NCBI RefSeq assembly: GCF_001194135.2
Contig: NC_068990.1
Span: 30,025,561 to 30,089,560 of the forward strand
Length of the DNA stretch: 64,000 nucleotides
From: Octopus bimaculoides
Lineage: Eukaryota
Reading direction: 5' to 3'
In this document: one piece after another, positions 37,893 to 52,168 of the stretch
How the letters are laid out: each line of letters opens with the position of its first letter
Numbering within the stretch: the stretch's first letter is position 1
Notes under the pieces: model-generated
Databases searched by the model: none
What the model saw: only the letters and a program-made list of their open reading frames with translations
Told to the model about the DNA's origin: nothing
Position numbers and translations under genes: made by a program

Positions 37893-38360
37893 AGACATGA
37901 CAGAGTTGGTCAATATCCACACTGGTTAATACGTCAGCATTATAAAATCAAAGCTGCTGACAAATGGAATAAGCACCATCCTGAGGTTGGAACTGAGGGA
38001 GAAAACATAACGGTCCTTTGGGACTTTCCAGTATGTACAGACCAGACCATCAAAGCTAATTAACCAGATATCGTTGTGAAAGACCAAAACAATAAAGATC
38101 TGTTTACTGATTGACATGAGCATACCTTGGGGTCATAATATCTCGGCAAAAAAGCTTGATAAGCTCAGAAAATATAAAGATTTGCTGATTGAAATCAGAA
38201 AAAATGAGGCGTCTCAAGATAGTTAGAATACAAGTGATTGTAGGAGAACTTGGAATGGTTAAAAAAGGGAACTGAAAGTGATTTACGAATGATCCCTGGC
38301 TTACCACCCTTACAGGAAGTGCAAAGATTGTCTTAACTGGTCACAAGTATTGAGAAGGAC
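37893..38360 (+). mobile_element. R4-like non-LTR element, restriction-like endonuclease region
   Basis: RHDRVGQY, VLWDFPV.TDQTIKAN.PDIVV, IDMSIP, DKLRKYKDL. Confidence 0.8.
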
Positions 38361-39869
38361 ATTGTTGCTCTTTCCTTTTCTTTTCCCCTTTTATTGTCTT
38401 TCTTCTTTTTCATCTTTTTCTTTATTCTCCTGTCTTTCTTCTGATGTGTTTATTTTGATGGCCTACCAATGTATACAGTTTCTTTGTTCTAGGTGTTGGG
38501 AAGACACTCAGCAACAAATGGAAATGAAAGTGAAAGAAGATAATGATAATAATAATAATAATAATAATAATATGTCGAAATATCATTCACTAGATGACAA
38601 TGGCACTTATCTTTTAATTTTGATTTAATAATGATAAAAATAAAAATAATAATAATAATAACTCAACTTTTGTCCCTTCAAAGTACTTCATCAGATTCTG
38701 ATGAATTTTATTCTTCATCTAAATAGATGAACAGAATCCTCCAGCATAAATTAAAAGAGGGTTATTTCAATAATGACTTGAAACCTGAACATCTCAGATC
38801 CACATCAATCACCCTTCTACCATTGCTAATATTTTCTCACTAGATGTGGATGCTATGTGCAATTGGCTACCTCACTTCATGCAAGTTCTTGGTTTACCTG
38901 ATCATGTAAAAATACCGACTTGCACACACCATTCCACATATCTTATTCGATGGCTACTCTTCTAGACTCGTCCTCTGAGAGGAGACTCCACAGCACAATG
39001 GTTTCTTTCCTCATAGCAGCATGGATATCACTACCTCACATTTATAATAACAACATTATATTACTACCTCTGCATGTTTGGAAGATCAGTTAGAAATAGT
39101 AGCTGAATCTCCCTCATCTTACTACATAATCTCTTGTGTATGTTTACATGTATTTGTTTGACCAGGTAATTTGATGTCTGTCTTGTCAGTATCTGTGCAC
39201 AATCTTCTACCCGGCCACTTGTCTCACAATAAGAAATATTGGACTCCGATTGTTATATTACTGTGTTTATGCCAGCCTAGCAGGCAGCTTGGATGAAACA
39301 TCACATGACTGTCCTTTGTTTGTTATGTTCAGCCAATCGCAAAAGGGAACTTTTAGCACATTTGTTTGCCTCAAAAAGCTGAGTAAAATCTCTATAAAAA
39401 CCTTTTTTTCTATTTCAACAAACAGGAATTGTTGTCTGATGAATCCACACGAGATGATTTTTTCAAACTCTCAAATACATAACTCACCCCATCTCTTTCT
39501 CCCTCTCCCCCTCTCTCTCTTTCTCTCACACACACACACGTTATAAATAGACATACACATCATTCTTTGCTTGCCGTTTTTGTTATTTGAAATGTTTCAT
39601 AAATTTTCTCACGACCATTTCTTCGTTAAATATAAACAACATTAAACATTATCATGGCATGGAATTTCTTGTAATAACTGTTGTTGTTGTTTTGATCTGG
39701 TGTGGTCAATTTAATATTTTTAATGGAATAACACATGTTCTCGTATTTCTGAATAGTCTTCAGCATCTTTTCATCTGTGTGCGTGTGTGCGTGTGAATTA
39801 TCTGTATGTCCGCCTTTGCATTCAGACACTACAATACAACCCCCCCCCTCCATCAAATTATATTATCAT

Positions 39870-40150
39870 TTGCCATCTCACAATGAAGAATTACCCATAA
39901 TGCAGAGGAGACAAAAGATATACAAATACCGGAGCCTGACCGGCCACTATCAGTTTGTGCTGGTTGCAGTAGTGACCTGAGGTGTTCTCAGACCCTGCAT
40001 GGATGATTTCCTCCACAAAATCAGAATAATTGTGGTCCACCTGAGAAATGAGCCCCACTAGGTGGACTGGCTGCTGGAACGAGTGTTGCTGGCCATTCTC
40101 CACAGCAATGCCTTTGCAATCAAGTCCACAGGGCACCATTGAACATGCCA
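39870..40150 (+). mobile_element. CRE-like non-LTR element, RLE C-terminal remnant
   Basis: KIYKYRSL..YQFVLVAV.T.G ... WLLERVLLAILHSNAFAI. Confidence 0.6.
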
Positions 40151-41786
40151 TTTGGTCTGGGCTGTACAACCTTTTGCTTCCTTCTCCTCCCCATTTTCTG
40201 CTGCTTAATTCCCACCATCCCCCCCACTTATTTGTATTGTAGTTTTGTCACAACAGAAATAAAGTTGGAAGACTAGCAATTTTGGTGATTTGTGTGTTGC
40301 ACAAAAGCCTAAACCAGAGTTCCTCAACCTCTGGACTTTTTTGACTTCTTATTTTATTCTGAAGGAACATCCTAGCCATTTGATGCTTAAAAAATCTTAT
40401 ATTTTTATAATAAAAGTATGAGCTATTTTATTACTCATAGATCTGAATGTCAAAATCTTACAGGGACCCCCAAGGATCATATGAACCCAATTGTGAACCC
40501 TCACTGGTCTAGAATGTTCAATTAGTGGAATCTTTTTGGTGACAGGGTTTCATATTTGTGTTGAGATCTCATATTGATATTAGAGTATTATTATTATTAT
40601 TATGGATGTGCAGCTTGGCAGAATTTCTATTTAACTTCAGTTCATCTTGTTTGTAAACAGGGGGAAAAACCTGAAATTTGGGGGTGGGGTTTAGTCAATA
40701 ACATCAGACACAGACAGTTAATGACTGGTACTTTATGCATTTAAGTTGCCCTCAACAAGATAACTTCAACCATTATTATTTTAACAGTTACCTTCACTTT
40801 ACTAATGACTATAAGGTAGTCTCTGCTTCATGTCTGTTATTCTAATTTACCTGTTGAAGGTGCATGGCATAGTGGTTAGTGCATCTGTACCTGAATGTGT
40901 AGGATGGGTAAGGATGTTGTGGGGGGAGGGGTAAGACTAGCAGTTAGCTCTGTATTCTTGTCTCCTCTCTCTCTCTATGGCACCAGTGTTGTCCTGATAC
41001 ATCCTTTGGCATCCCTTTTGTCTCAGGCATTGCCATCAGAATGTCAAAACCCAACAGACACTGCAACGCCCTTTGCCCAACCCTCTAACATCGCCATTAA
41101 TCAACCACCCTTGGATTAGGACAATCACAGAAAACACACACACACCCTGCATCTAGGGTCAAGCGAAAACAAAATGAGATTTTTTGCAAACAATCAAAAT
41201 AAAACAACCAAACAAAAAAATACAATAAAAAAAACAAATTAGTTAGAATCATGCAATTTTATTTTTTTTTTGTGTGAATGCATTTAATAAAAATGGTACC
41301 CTTATATAGATAGAATATATATACATGAATAATGAAAAACCCTAATGTTTTAATGGTGGAAAGTTTCTTAAACCATTCTGAAATTCCCCAAAGAATGGTT
41401 TCCACTCTTTTTTATTCATTTCCCCAAATCATTTTGTTTTGTCTTTTGATTCTATTTTCCACAGAACTTTACACTTTAATTGCACATTGGAATATAAGAA
41501 CTAAAAATAAACATGAAAATAAATTTAGAAGAAAATAAATGCATAACGATACTAATAATAAAAGTAATAATAATAATGATAATAACAGTGACCTTTATAA
41601 CTTAACATCATTTAAGATAGCATGGAGATTTGAAACTGAATGGAGATTTGAAACTGAATGGAGACCCTACCAGGAGAGGGAGAGGGAGAGAGAGAAGGGA
41701 AATGTTGCACAAGTATATACATAATGAAGAAAAGCTAGATTCAGTTACCTGAAGAAAATGAATATGTATGCATATATACATAACTG

Positions 41787-41830
<44 letters not shown>

Positions 41831-44800
41831 ACTGTGTATGTATATGCATTTGAAAGAGATTGAAACCATCAGAAAATGGTATTTTCTGGTTGAACGAAAT
41901 CCTGTTTATACATGTAAGGCTAAAGAACAGGAGGTAATAATTGTAGAACTGAAAGCAGAAGAACGACATACTAGCAGTAAGGAGTGGCAGCACTGTGAAA
42001 TTGACAAGTGTTTCATTAACTTGTAGTGCCAAGTCTAATTCCAGGTGTGGTTCTAGCTTGGCAAAGGTTGGCCTCAGTTCAGCTGATTTGTTCTACATAT
42101 ACAAGAAAAGCAATGTTCCTGTGTCAGTCCTCCACAACCCAGTGATGCTGTGGCTGTTGACTGTTTATTTATAGAGAGTAGCACTAAAGATGGCAAGGCA
42201 AGAAGGAAGACCTTTCATTGGAGAAGGATAAGGGATGTATGGGGTGGTGATACGGAGATTTTTTAAATGATAAGGGCTGCCTTAAAAAGGTAAAAAGGTT
42301 GTACAGGGCCTCTTTAAAAGGTAAAGGCTGCATAGGACTGTTCAACCAGCAACTTTAATAACATCATTAGAAGGTAAGTTATGGCCCTAGACAGGTAAGT
42401 ATAAAGCACTGAACTAGATTCTGTAAAAGATTTAACGGGATTCACAATCCACTGTTGCTTCTTAAGTGAAAATTGTAATTCTAATTCTAGGGTGAAAAAT
42501 TAAATATAAATTGATATTTATGAATTTAGGTTTATTTTCACTTGTTTCAAAGAAAGTTTTTAAAGTATTTCAAAAATTAAAATAAAATGAAATAAAAGCA
42601 AACAAGCAAGCATACCATNNNNNNNNNNNNNNNNNNNNNNNNNNNNNNNNNNNNNNNNNNNNNNNNNNNNNNNNNNNNNNNNNNNNNNNNNNNNNNNNNN
42701 NNNNNNNNNNNNNNNNNNNNNNNNNNNNNNNNNNNNNNNNNNNNNNNNNNNNNNNNNNNNNNNNNNNNNNNNNNNNNNNNNNNNNNNNNNNNNNNNNNNN
42801 NNNNNNNNNNNNNNNNNNNNNNNNNNNNNNNNNNNNNNNNNNNNNNNNNNNNNNNNNNNNNNNNNNNNNNNNNNNNNNNNNNNNNNNNNNNNNNNNNNNN
42901 NNNNNNNNNNNNNNNNAGCAGCAGTTGAGTTGAAATTTGGTTCCAGAAGTCAAAACATCAGAACTTGCTTCTTATTAAGGTTTTCTGCATAATTTAGGGC
43001 CCATCTCTTTTTTTTATTTATTTATTTAAAGATTTCATATAAATGTGAATCATGCTTTGATCAATGTTTTTTTTTTTTCTTTACCATGATTTATTTCCGA
43101 CTTTCATGGAAAAAAAAAACATTCCAACTGTATTTTCCAGTTTCCTCCCCACCCCCCAAATAGGGCAAAATTTAAAATTTTGGACCCATGTTTACATACC
43201 CACCCACCCTTCTCTTTCTCACACTGCACGCACACATACACACACACAATTCTCTGTCACACAAATGCACAATAAAAAAAACTGTTTTTCTCATTAAGTC
43301 AGATAATTTTCACCTGACATTAACACCTTGATTAACACTATGGACAGACCTGACAAAACCTGTCACAACTGAGTGTAAACAACTAATACTCCATGAAAAT
43401 CACTATAAATGAGCTGCCTCCATCATACTTTATCACTCGCACTAGTGTGTGTGTGTGTGTGTGTTTGCAAATATCTTGATTCTTCCCCTCCTGCTCCTTT
43501 TGAAGTAAATAAATACAACAATTTGAATGACAGGAACCAATGTTGGGATAAAGAGAATGAAGATAAGAATGTTCTATGATGGCCACAAAGTTTGATGAGT
43601 ATTTAATCCCCCATTCCCCCCTCTGTACTTGATGATAAACTCCAATTTCCATTTATGGAATCTTTTCATAATCCAACTCGATATAATCTGGACATACATT
43701 GGCATTATGACATTCTTAATGCTCACCTATAACTACAAGCAGATCAGAAATATGTTTATGGCTGGTTTGTTATATTGAAAAAAACCTCCACTACTTTATC
43801 CATCATTACCTATTTAAGAAATAAAAACTAATTTAATAGATATGCTAAAATCAATAGATTATAATAAATAAGAAGAAAAAGAAGTTTTCTACTTACAGGC
43901 CTAAGGCCAGCAATTTTCATGGGAAAAGGGGAAATCTATTATAATGACCAACCCCAGTGTTGAACTGGTACTTTATTTTGTAGACCCTGAAAGGATGACA
44001 GGTAAAGTCAGTCTTGGCAGCATTTGGACCCAGAACTTTAATTCTGCTCTAATTTGATAAGATGCTACATCTGTACTAAATATCATAGTCATCAAGCAGA
44101 AATAAAATCAATTGAATTCTGGGCCAATTCAGAAATACAATATTAACAATTCATTTGTTACATTCAACCAGATTAACATCCAACTTATTATAGAATTAAT
44201 ACTTTTAAACCACTCAGAACAACTACAAACTTATAAAGGATGTTGGTTGCCATGCCAAGATACTAAAATCTAAAGAGAAATGGCTAAAACAGAGAGATTG
44301 GAACAACAGGAGAACAAACTGCTAGAAATTGCCAAAACCCTGACTGAGATTTGTTATTCTTGATCATCTCCAGATTTCTGCAATGTGAACTTCCTTCATT
44401 ACTGTGGACAGATATTAGTTAATACCAATGTTTCCTGGTGTCAAGTGCAAAGCTATGTGGTCAGGGAATTTGGCTATCATTAGGTCACAAGTTCAATACT
44501 CAACAGTGTGCCATGTCCTTCAGCAAGACATTTAATCTCACATTGCTCCAGTCCACTCAGCTGGCAAAAATGAGTTGTACCAGTAATTCAAAGGGGCCAA
44601 TTTTATCACATTCTGTGATATTATTAATTCAATTAATCCCAGTATATTACAGCTACTAGATTTCTTAGTCCCAGAGGAATGAAGGAGTTTTTCTAGCAGG
44701 AAATAAATCAAGAAAACAATTAAATACCATAAATTCACTATTCTATAAAAACAATACTAAATTTTCTTTGAAAAGAGAATTTGGTTCCAGTGATGTCACA

Positions 44801-46838
44801 GAAAGAATTTGCTCTGGTGAGGTGTGCCAATTGTCTTCATCATCAATGGTGGTGGTGGTGGTGGGGAACTAGTCATGGCCTCTTGGAGGAGGGTGAATAT
44901 TAAACAACTTCTATAAAATTTTAAACCTTTGTAACAGTTTGGTTTTAGTAAATCAATCACCTGAATATGTTTGTGCATCTGTAAATATATATATATACAC
45001 ACATTCACAAGTAAAGATGTAAGCACAAACATACAAAAATACACACACAAATATATATATATATACATACATACATAGACACACATGTAAGTCAATCCCC
45101 AAGAATGTTTATGTACACACACGCACACACACACGTTAATATTTAGCAAAAGCAACTGAGTGACTTGAGAGCCGAGAATTTCATGCATTAGTTTTAAGAG
45201 CACTAACACACAAAACTCTTGGCTCTCGAGTCACTCAGTAACTTCTGCTAAATAGACATATACACACCTGCATGATAGCATGTATACATAAGTACACTTG
45301 TTCATGCGCATACATACACGTAACTGTTTTCTATATGTACAGATGGCAGCTCAAAATTGGCAAGCCATAAGATAAACTGCAACAAGCAGGAATTATTGCA
45401 TGCATACATGCAAGTGTGCACCGGATGAACGTAGAGTGAAGATGTGTTAGTGGGAATGGCAGGATTGAATAGCAAGGAGTTAGGAGAAGCCCAAAAGAAA
45501 TAAAAGCAGGTATAAGAGGGTAGTGGTGATGATGGTGGTGGCAGTGGTAGTAGTTAAGATTCAAACATTATTATTATTATTATTATTATTATTATGAAAT
45601 TAGTGGCTAAAGGAGAGGTTTAAATAAATAAAAAGCTAAGCCGTTTCCCCCGATTCCAAGGACACATAGGATCCATCCTTCTCTTCAGTTCTTATATTGT
45701 AATATTGAGTAATAAGGTTCCTCTTGGATGGGCTGAGAGATTGGAATGGCTGAAGGGGGAGGGTAAGAGATCAACTTGGAAAGATATTAAAAAGTCTTAA
45801 AAATAAAATTTCTTATATTGAATGGCAATAGTATTTTGGGCAGGAGTGGGGTGGGGTTACACGTACAAGGGGGTTTCCCTCTCACTTCAGGACCTAGCCA
45901 GTGTTTATTGTCTTGATCCCAGTAAATGTGAAAGATTAAGTCCACTCTGTTAGGGTTTGAACTCACAAAGTAAAGGGACTTTGACTAAATACAACATTTG
46001 ATCCAAGACTATGATTTCTTTGACTGCAATAATGAAGCTGAGGGCTTAAAGAGAGTTATAATAGATTTGTTAGAGACATCAGATCATTGAAACAACATAT
46101 GGCTGGACCATAACAGCTGTTTCTTTTAATTGCCATGAGGACAACAAAAACATAAACACTATTGCATCGTAGAGATTAAGACAGACAATGGACAGTGTAG
46201 TGGCCAAACTAAAAATTGATACAAAAACAGGATAAAAAACAACAACTAAAGAAATACCAACAGACATTAGAAGATATGGAAGGTATTGTGTGATTAACTG
46301 AGGAGTAAAATTAATAGAATTTACTCCAGGAAAAGACTGGGAGGTGTGGGGAGAGAATGGAAATAGTGTGAGGTGTGGGGAGAGAAGGGAAAGTAAATTA
46401 ATTCAATTAGTTTCTGTCCTTTTTTTTTTTTTAATTTTTTAAAAAACTCAAAATCTAAAGGAACAAAATCTGAAACTGCGATGTATCTCATTGGAACGAT
46501 CTAAAAGGTTTTTAACAGTCATAAAAGAGGGGGGGAAGAGAAGGAGAGGGAGATGAAACAGTGTTTGTCTCTTTACAGAGTGAGGTGTGTGTGTATTTGT
46601 AAGAGGAAGATCCAATGGAAGAGAGAAAGAAAGAGAGGTGAAACAGAAATGTGTGTGTGTGTATTTCATCATGTAATTGCTCCAGTATGAGTGATAAACA
46701 TTGAAAGGTGGTTAGGAAGAAATGGCAGGTCTTAAATGTCCAGTTCTCTTCTTGCTGTTATTCCACAAAACGTGATGCTCTTTTTCTTTAACCAACCAAG
46801 AACACACAGGTTGCAAGTTCAACAGTCTACCACAAACT

Positions 46839-46844
46839 TTTATT
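46839..46844 (-). terminator. Candidate polyadenylation signal for the FMNL transcript
   Basis: AATAAA on the - strand followed about 30-50 nt later by GU-rich cctgtgtgttcttggttggtt. A similar configuration occurs at 41258-41263. Confidence 0.35.
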
Positions 46845-48052
46845 CTGGTCACAGTTTTCTTGTTTTTATCACAAAACACACCTCAACATTTACAAATTAA
46901 AAACCATCTGGGTTTTCTTCCAGTTGTTGCTTAGTCCCAAGTCATCTGGATCTATACAGACCAATCATCAAAACCATTCCAGTCATGATCAAAACCATTC
47001 CAGTCATGATCAATCCATTTTATTCTCAGTTTGTCAAGAACTGACATTTCATTTCCTTTCTCCTGATGTGAAGCATTCCCATCTTCCAGAAAATAACATG
47101 TGTGCCATAACAGACTCTTCTTACAAATAAATTTCACTTTATCAGATCCAAATTTGGAACCAATCCTTATCGAACATCAATTTTCTCTCAATTCTTAAAC
47201 AGATTTGTATGTTGTCCCAGTATCAGTTCAACACTAACAAACTGCAATGTCTGTGGAGATTAGAAGCAATCAGAACCAAGGGCCCCAATTCATTTGACAC
47301 TAGGGTTAGAAACAGCGGATGGACATTAGAATTGATGGAATCTTCCAAGCAAATCTTCTAGGGAAAAAGGACTGACTCTACAATATGAAAGAGGAATAGT
47401 GAATGGTTTTCAAGTGTTTGAAGACCTCACACAGACCAGCATCGGTTAATCTGAATGCATAACCCACTCACTAACAAGAATTATAAGCTTGTATACTAAC
47501 TATGGTTCCGAAAATTAGTGAACGATTGAAGATGTAATTGAAGAACTGAAGAGGTTGATGTTATGTATCTCTGGAAGACATTTGTCATCTGCAGCTGGGC
47601 AAAGATGCCATCAAGATATGACCGTCTTTACAGGAAGAAATCAAACAGTCAAAAGAGATATAAATATACATGCATGAACACTATATTGTGTGTATATATA
47701 TATATATATATATAAAGTAATGATGTAGATAAACACAGTCAAAACTTGACTCTAAAACCACATTAATGTTGCTTTAGTGTCAAGTTTTGACTGCTATATC
47801 CAGCATAATGGTATCTTTTAGATACCCTTAATTATAATTTAATAATAATAATTATTACCTCTGAGGTTTTTATATTCCCATGCTAGCCACTTGATATGAT
47901 CAGTATTTTAAATAATGATCTTATCCTTATTGATATAAATATATATAAAGTAATGATGTAGATAAACACAATTTGAGCACTACCACATGTTTTCTATACT
48001 GAACATATCTAGCCCTATTGTCTGTGTCTATGTATGTATGTATGTGTGTGTT

Positions 48053-48087
<35 letters not shown>

Positions 48088-48404
48088 TTATAACGGCTTA
48101 AAACACTGAAGTTTCACATTTAAAGTTACAATATTGAGGCTTTAATGCTTTTCCCATCTTAGCAACTTGAATGGTTGAAAGGAGGCATCAAAATCACAGG
48201 GATCCAATGCCAAAACTGTTTGCTGTAAAAGATGTGTTACAGCAATTAATTAATTATGAGGTGATATAATTAATAAATTAACCAAATGAGTGGAGAAAGT
48301 GTTTGGTTTGTTTGATGGAGTTTGGAAGAGAAACTTCTCAAATGGGCAACATTTGTTGACTACAGTTCTATATTTAAGAGAGAGGAATTATTCACATTAT
48401 TTAC

Positions 48405-48630
48405 GGGCATATGGCGTAGTGGTTAAGAGCATGGGCTACTAACCCCAAGATTCCGAGTTCGATTCCAGGCAGTGACCTGAATAATAATTATAATATCAAA
48501 AAATACTTTAGGAATGAGAACCTAGGTTCAAAATTTCCCCGAGACACCTGATGAAGGCTGGAGGGTATATCAGCTGAAACATGTTAACAACAAACAAGAT
48601 GAGGACAAATATACATCAAATGTAAATAAT
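48405..48630 (+). mobile_element. Composite SINE-like element: tRNA-like head, (AAT)n linker, hammerhead-like body
   Basis: A-box TGGCGTAGTGG 48412-22, anticodon-like loop CTACTAA, B-box GAGTTCGATTCC 48455-66; CTGATGA-A-GGCTG..CAGCT-GAAAC at 48548-80; 9-bp terminal inverted repeat ATTATTTAC / GTAAATAAT. Confidence 0.7.
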
Positions 48631-50238
48631 TTGTTGACTAGAAAGACATTCAGAGATGAAATGAAGAGAGGAAAATAATTTAGAGCAGAATTTTAAAGAA
48701 TAATAATAATAATAATATCAATAATGTTTACTTAAGCAAAACAATTAGCAAATAATTTTTTTTTTTGCCAAATGGATGACTATTTAGTCTTTCATTGGAA
48801 AGACCAAGAATATTACAGAATTCACCAAGCAGAAAAATAATTGGTGGCAAAGATAAGAAGTTGGAAGCCCAGAATTCTTTAACGAGACAAAGGAAGCTTG
48901 TATTTTAAAATAAGACTCCAATAAGGCAATCAAATTGTGGTAAGGCAAAAATCTCCAATCCTTCAAGCTGTTTAGATGGAGATGAAATCACTATTTTCTC
49001 CCAATCTTGGCACTACCATTTTATCTAGAAATAGGAATTTGGGTTTCCCCTGTCACAGAAGTGAAACGATTTTAAACAATCAAAACCAATCACAGAAGCA
49101 ATTTGCTACAAGAATTTGATTCTAAAATTACTTTGCCAACTAAAAGATAATATTTCTATTGATGAAAAGAGAAAAATTTATTTTTTGAGGAAGACGAAAC
49201 TGGTTAAAAACAAACAAAATAAATTTGTGATTAGTTGAGACAATTCTCATTGTTGTCATCTTACAATTAAAACTGACCATTATCTTAGAGTTCAGCATCA
49301 GAGAATAAGTTCTATAACCAATACTGAGAGACAGATTAAATACAAAAAAAAAAAAAAAAAAAAAAAAAACAGGAGAAAAAGGAAAAGAGTAATAATGGTC
49401 CTTAAATCATGAAAGTAAAGAATTGGAAGAGGTTTGGGTTAAGAAACAAGTAAAAACAAATGACTGTTTACAAAAGCAAAACAAGAAAAAATGTGCAGTT
49501 TTATGGGAAAAGGAATAAATGACCAGGAAAAGCAATTAAGGAAGAATTAGGTAAGGAATTCAGGAATTGGTTGTTTGAGGGAAGGAAACACAGAAAGAGA
49601 GGTGAACATTTTAGACCCAAGGCAGAGAGAGAGGGAAAAAGAGAGATGTGTTTAGTTTAATTGGAAAAAGAAGATTTTGGTAAAGAAGAAGAATTTAAGA
49701 TAAAAGTTGATAAATAAGTATCAAGGGTAAGTAAAGAAAAAACAGAGAAACCAAAGTGATGTTAAATAGCCAAAAGTGGGAGAGAAGGTGGGAGAGTTTA
49801 AAGGAAATTGTAGGAGCAGCTCACCTTATGGCTGACAAATATAGTGTCATTTAACTAGGCATGTGGAGTGAGACAGGTCACAGCTAGTGGCTGTATTAGA
49901 TGTCTACGCTCTTTGTTAGGTCGCAGGACTTACATACAGAGCCAGGAAGGCAGCGTGTTGAGGTGGTGGCCCTCTCGTTATTTCTAATTGGATCCATTCT
50001 GTGAAGCTTTGTCTGTTAATGTAGTTACTACCATGGCTTTGGAGTTTACTCATGGCTACATGTGACACGAAGGGGTCAGAGTAGGGAAGCTTACCTTCTC
50101 TAGATAAAGCAAGAGCAGCAGTTAGAGTAGCACCATGTCAGCCCATGAGCACTAGCAATACCATGTGTAGCAACAAACAATAACTCCACAATACATCCAT
50201 GTTGCACAACTGTTTGTCATTTCACCACTACGAACAGC

Positions 50239-50269
<31 letters not shown>

Positions 50270-50579
50270 GTAATAATATCACAATTTTACAGATAATTAA
50301 GCATGAAAAAGTAATATAATAATGGAAAGTCAAGAGAACGAGACATATCTCAGTATAGAATCACACACACACATATATTTAGTTTTGAGAAGAGATAAAG
50401 TTTTGTTTGTTTTTTTCTCCCTGAAACAAAATTTAATTTTTAAAAAATTTATCTCAATTTTTTTTTAAATAAAATTTTGAAAATTTGTTTTTCTTTTTAT
50501 CTTTAGTTTTGATTTCCATTTGAAGAGATGAACTTTTGAGGGTTTAATGAAGATCTTGATGATCCAGTTTATCAGTGTG

Positions 50580-50612
<33 letters not shown>

Positions 50613-51947
50613 AGCTGCCAACATTGTTTGGTCATCAAGAAACTATGTCTAAATGCAAATTGGTGAGATAATACTGACAAAAGAATCAGAACTTGTACAT
50701 TGTGAAGAGAACAAAGGGTCTTTGATGTCAGACAACAAAACAGAGAAAATAGTGGCATCAGAGAGCTGTAATACTGCATGATGGGTGAGGGTATCAGATC
50801 CAGTAAAAAGGGGTCTTAGATATGGAGACACAAAACTTTAATTTACAAAGGAAAAAGAGGAATGGAAATAACGAAGGATTTTTTTTTTTTTTACCAAGAC
50901 TCTTAGCGAATGAAGGGAATGGTTTTACAATGGAAATTGGCAATTGAAAGAAATCAGGTGTGTTGCTGCACTACAGAAAGTGCAATAATGTTTCATTTCC
51001 CCTTCAACACTAATGACAATCATGACACTAATAATCATAGCAATAATACTGATGAAAACAATGAAAAAAATAATTAACAGAAGGAACTTCGTTAATTTTC
51101 TTTTTTCTTTCACCGAGAATAATTTCAGAGATTTGAGAACAAGTCCTAACATAACTGAGAAAATAACTGAGCCAGATCAATGGAAACAAATTTCATTTGG
51201 CTGCAAAGACGATCACAACTCTGTCTGAGAGTCTACCACAAAAATGCAAAATGTAGATTAAATGTAAAACAGAAAAGAAAGCGAGAGAAGCAAAGAAGAG
51301 ATTTCAGAAGAATGACAATTTATGAATCCTTCATGCCACATTCTGAAATAAACAGAACTAATTGATTGATGGAAAAAGAAATGGCAGAATAACCCCTCGT
51401 GGTACCCCTTACCCAGGTTCTTTTGATAAAAAAACCCACCTAACATTCATGTTTTATGTAAAGATCTTTTGTGAAGTTCTAAACATCAGATTAATGTAGG
51501 AATAAATGAACAAAGTCATTTTATTAAATCACAATTGCAAATGGTTGATTTTCAAAATTCCCTGAAACACAGAGAATGCCATTAGAAATATGGAAAGAGA
51601 AGAGAGAAACACTTTAACAGGAAGAAGACAGTCTATTCCGACTATTTCATATGTCAGTTTAAAAGACAAATATTACTATAAAGCTAAGAAGAACCTGGAA
51701 TAGAAAAATGAGGGCCAACAAGCTGAGATTGGGTTACATAAAGGATTCAGAGTTTAATACTGGCATCCCCCTTCATCAGTTTAAATTTTGAATTTGAGAA
51801 CTTTGGCTGGAACGATCTAGAAAATTTATAGAGTTATGAAAGCTTCCTGATAATACAAGAAAATTAAACTTTGTTAACTTTATTTTGCTGAAAGGACAAA
51901 TAATAAGACACCATCTTCCATCGTTGTTGTATACCTAACAACTTTTG

Positions 51948-52168
51948 CCCTTTAGTGCTTTAAACTGACCATATCTGGCCAAAATACTCAATCTGCTTTA
52001 CATTCAAACTGACCAGGTCTAGCCTCTCACACCTACCCTACAATGTCATTTTCAGGATAAAGCAATCACATGAAATGAAATCTTGAAGCTATGAGATAAT
52101 GCTTAATGAATACAAACCAGTGTGAATAAATAAGCATTATTTGACAGAGTAATCTGAAAGCTAAAAGG
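51948..52168. mobile_element. TTAA-type (piggyBac-like) MITE; second copy at about 59946-60150
   Basis: Ends CCCTTTAG...CTAAAAGG|TTAA; internal sequence (ctcacacctaccctacaatgtcatt, agagtaatctgaa) is shared between the copies. Confidence 0.6.

Noticed and set aside
46967-47018. Short tandem duplications here (21 nt) and at about 7676-7710, 28657-28698, 41622-41664
   Set aside because: Two to three adjacent units with no spacers; ordinary slippage, not an array. No CRISPR-like structure anywhere in the window.
48405-48475. tRNA gene with an ACT anticodon
   Set aside because: Acceptor and anticodon stems pair poorly and the sequence continues into a repeat body; treated as a SINE head.
49930-50130. 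Minus-strand AG|AGAAG|GTAAG micro-exon or recursive-splice-like site with a short ORF
   Set aside because: Context (ctagagaagg...gagtaaactcc) resembles the decayed 5' region of an RTE element; no link to the FMNL frame.
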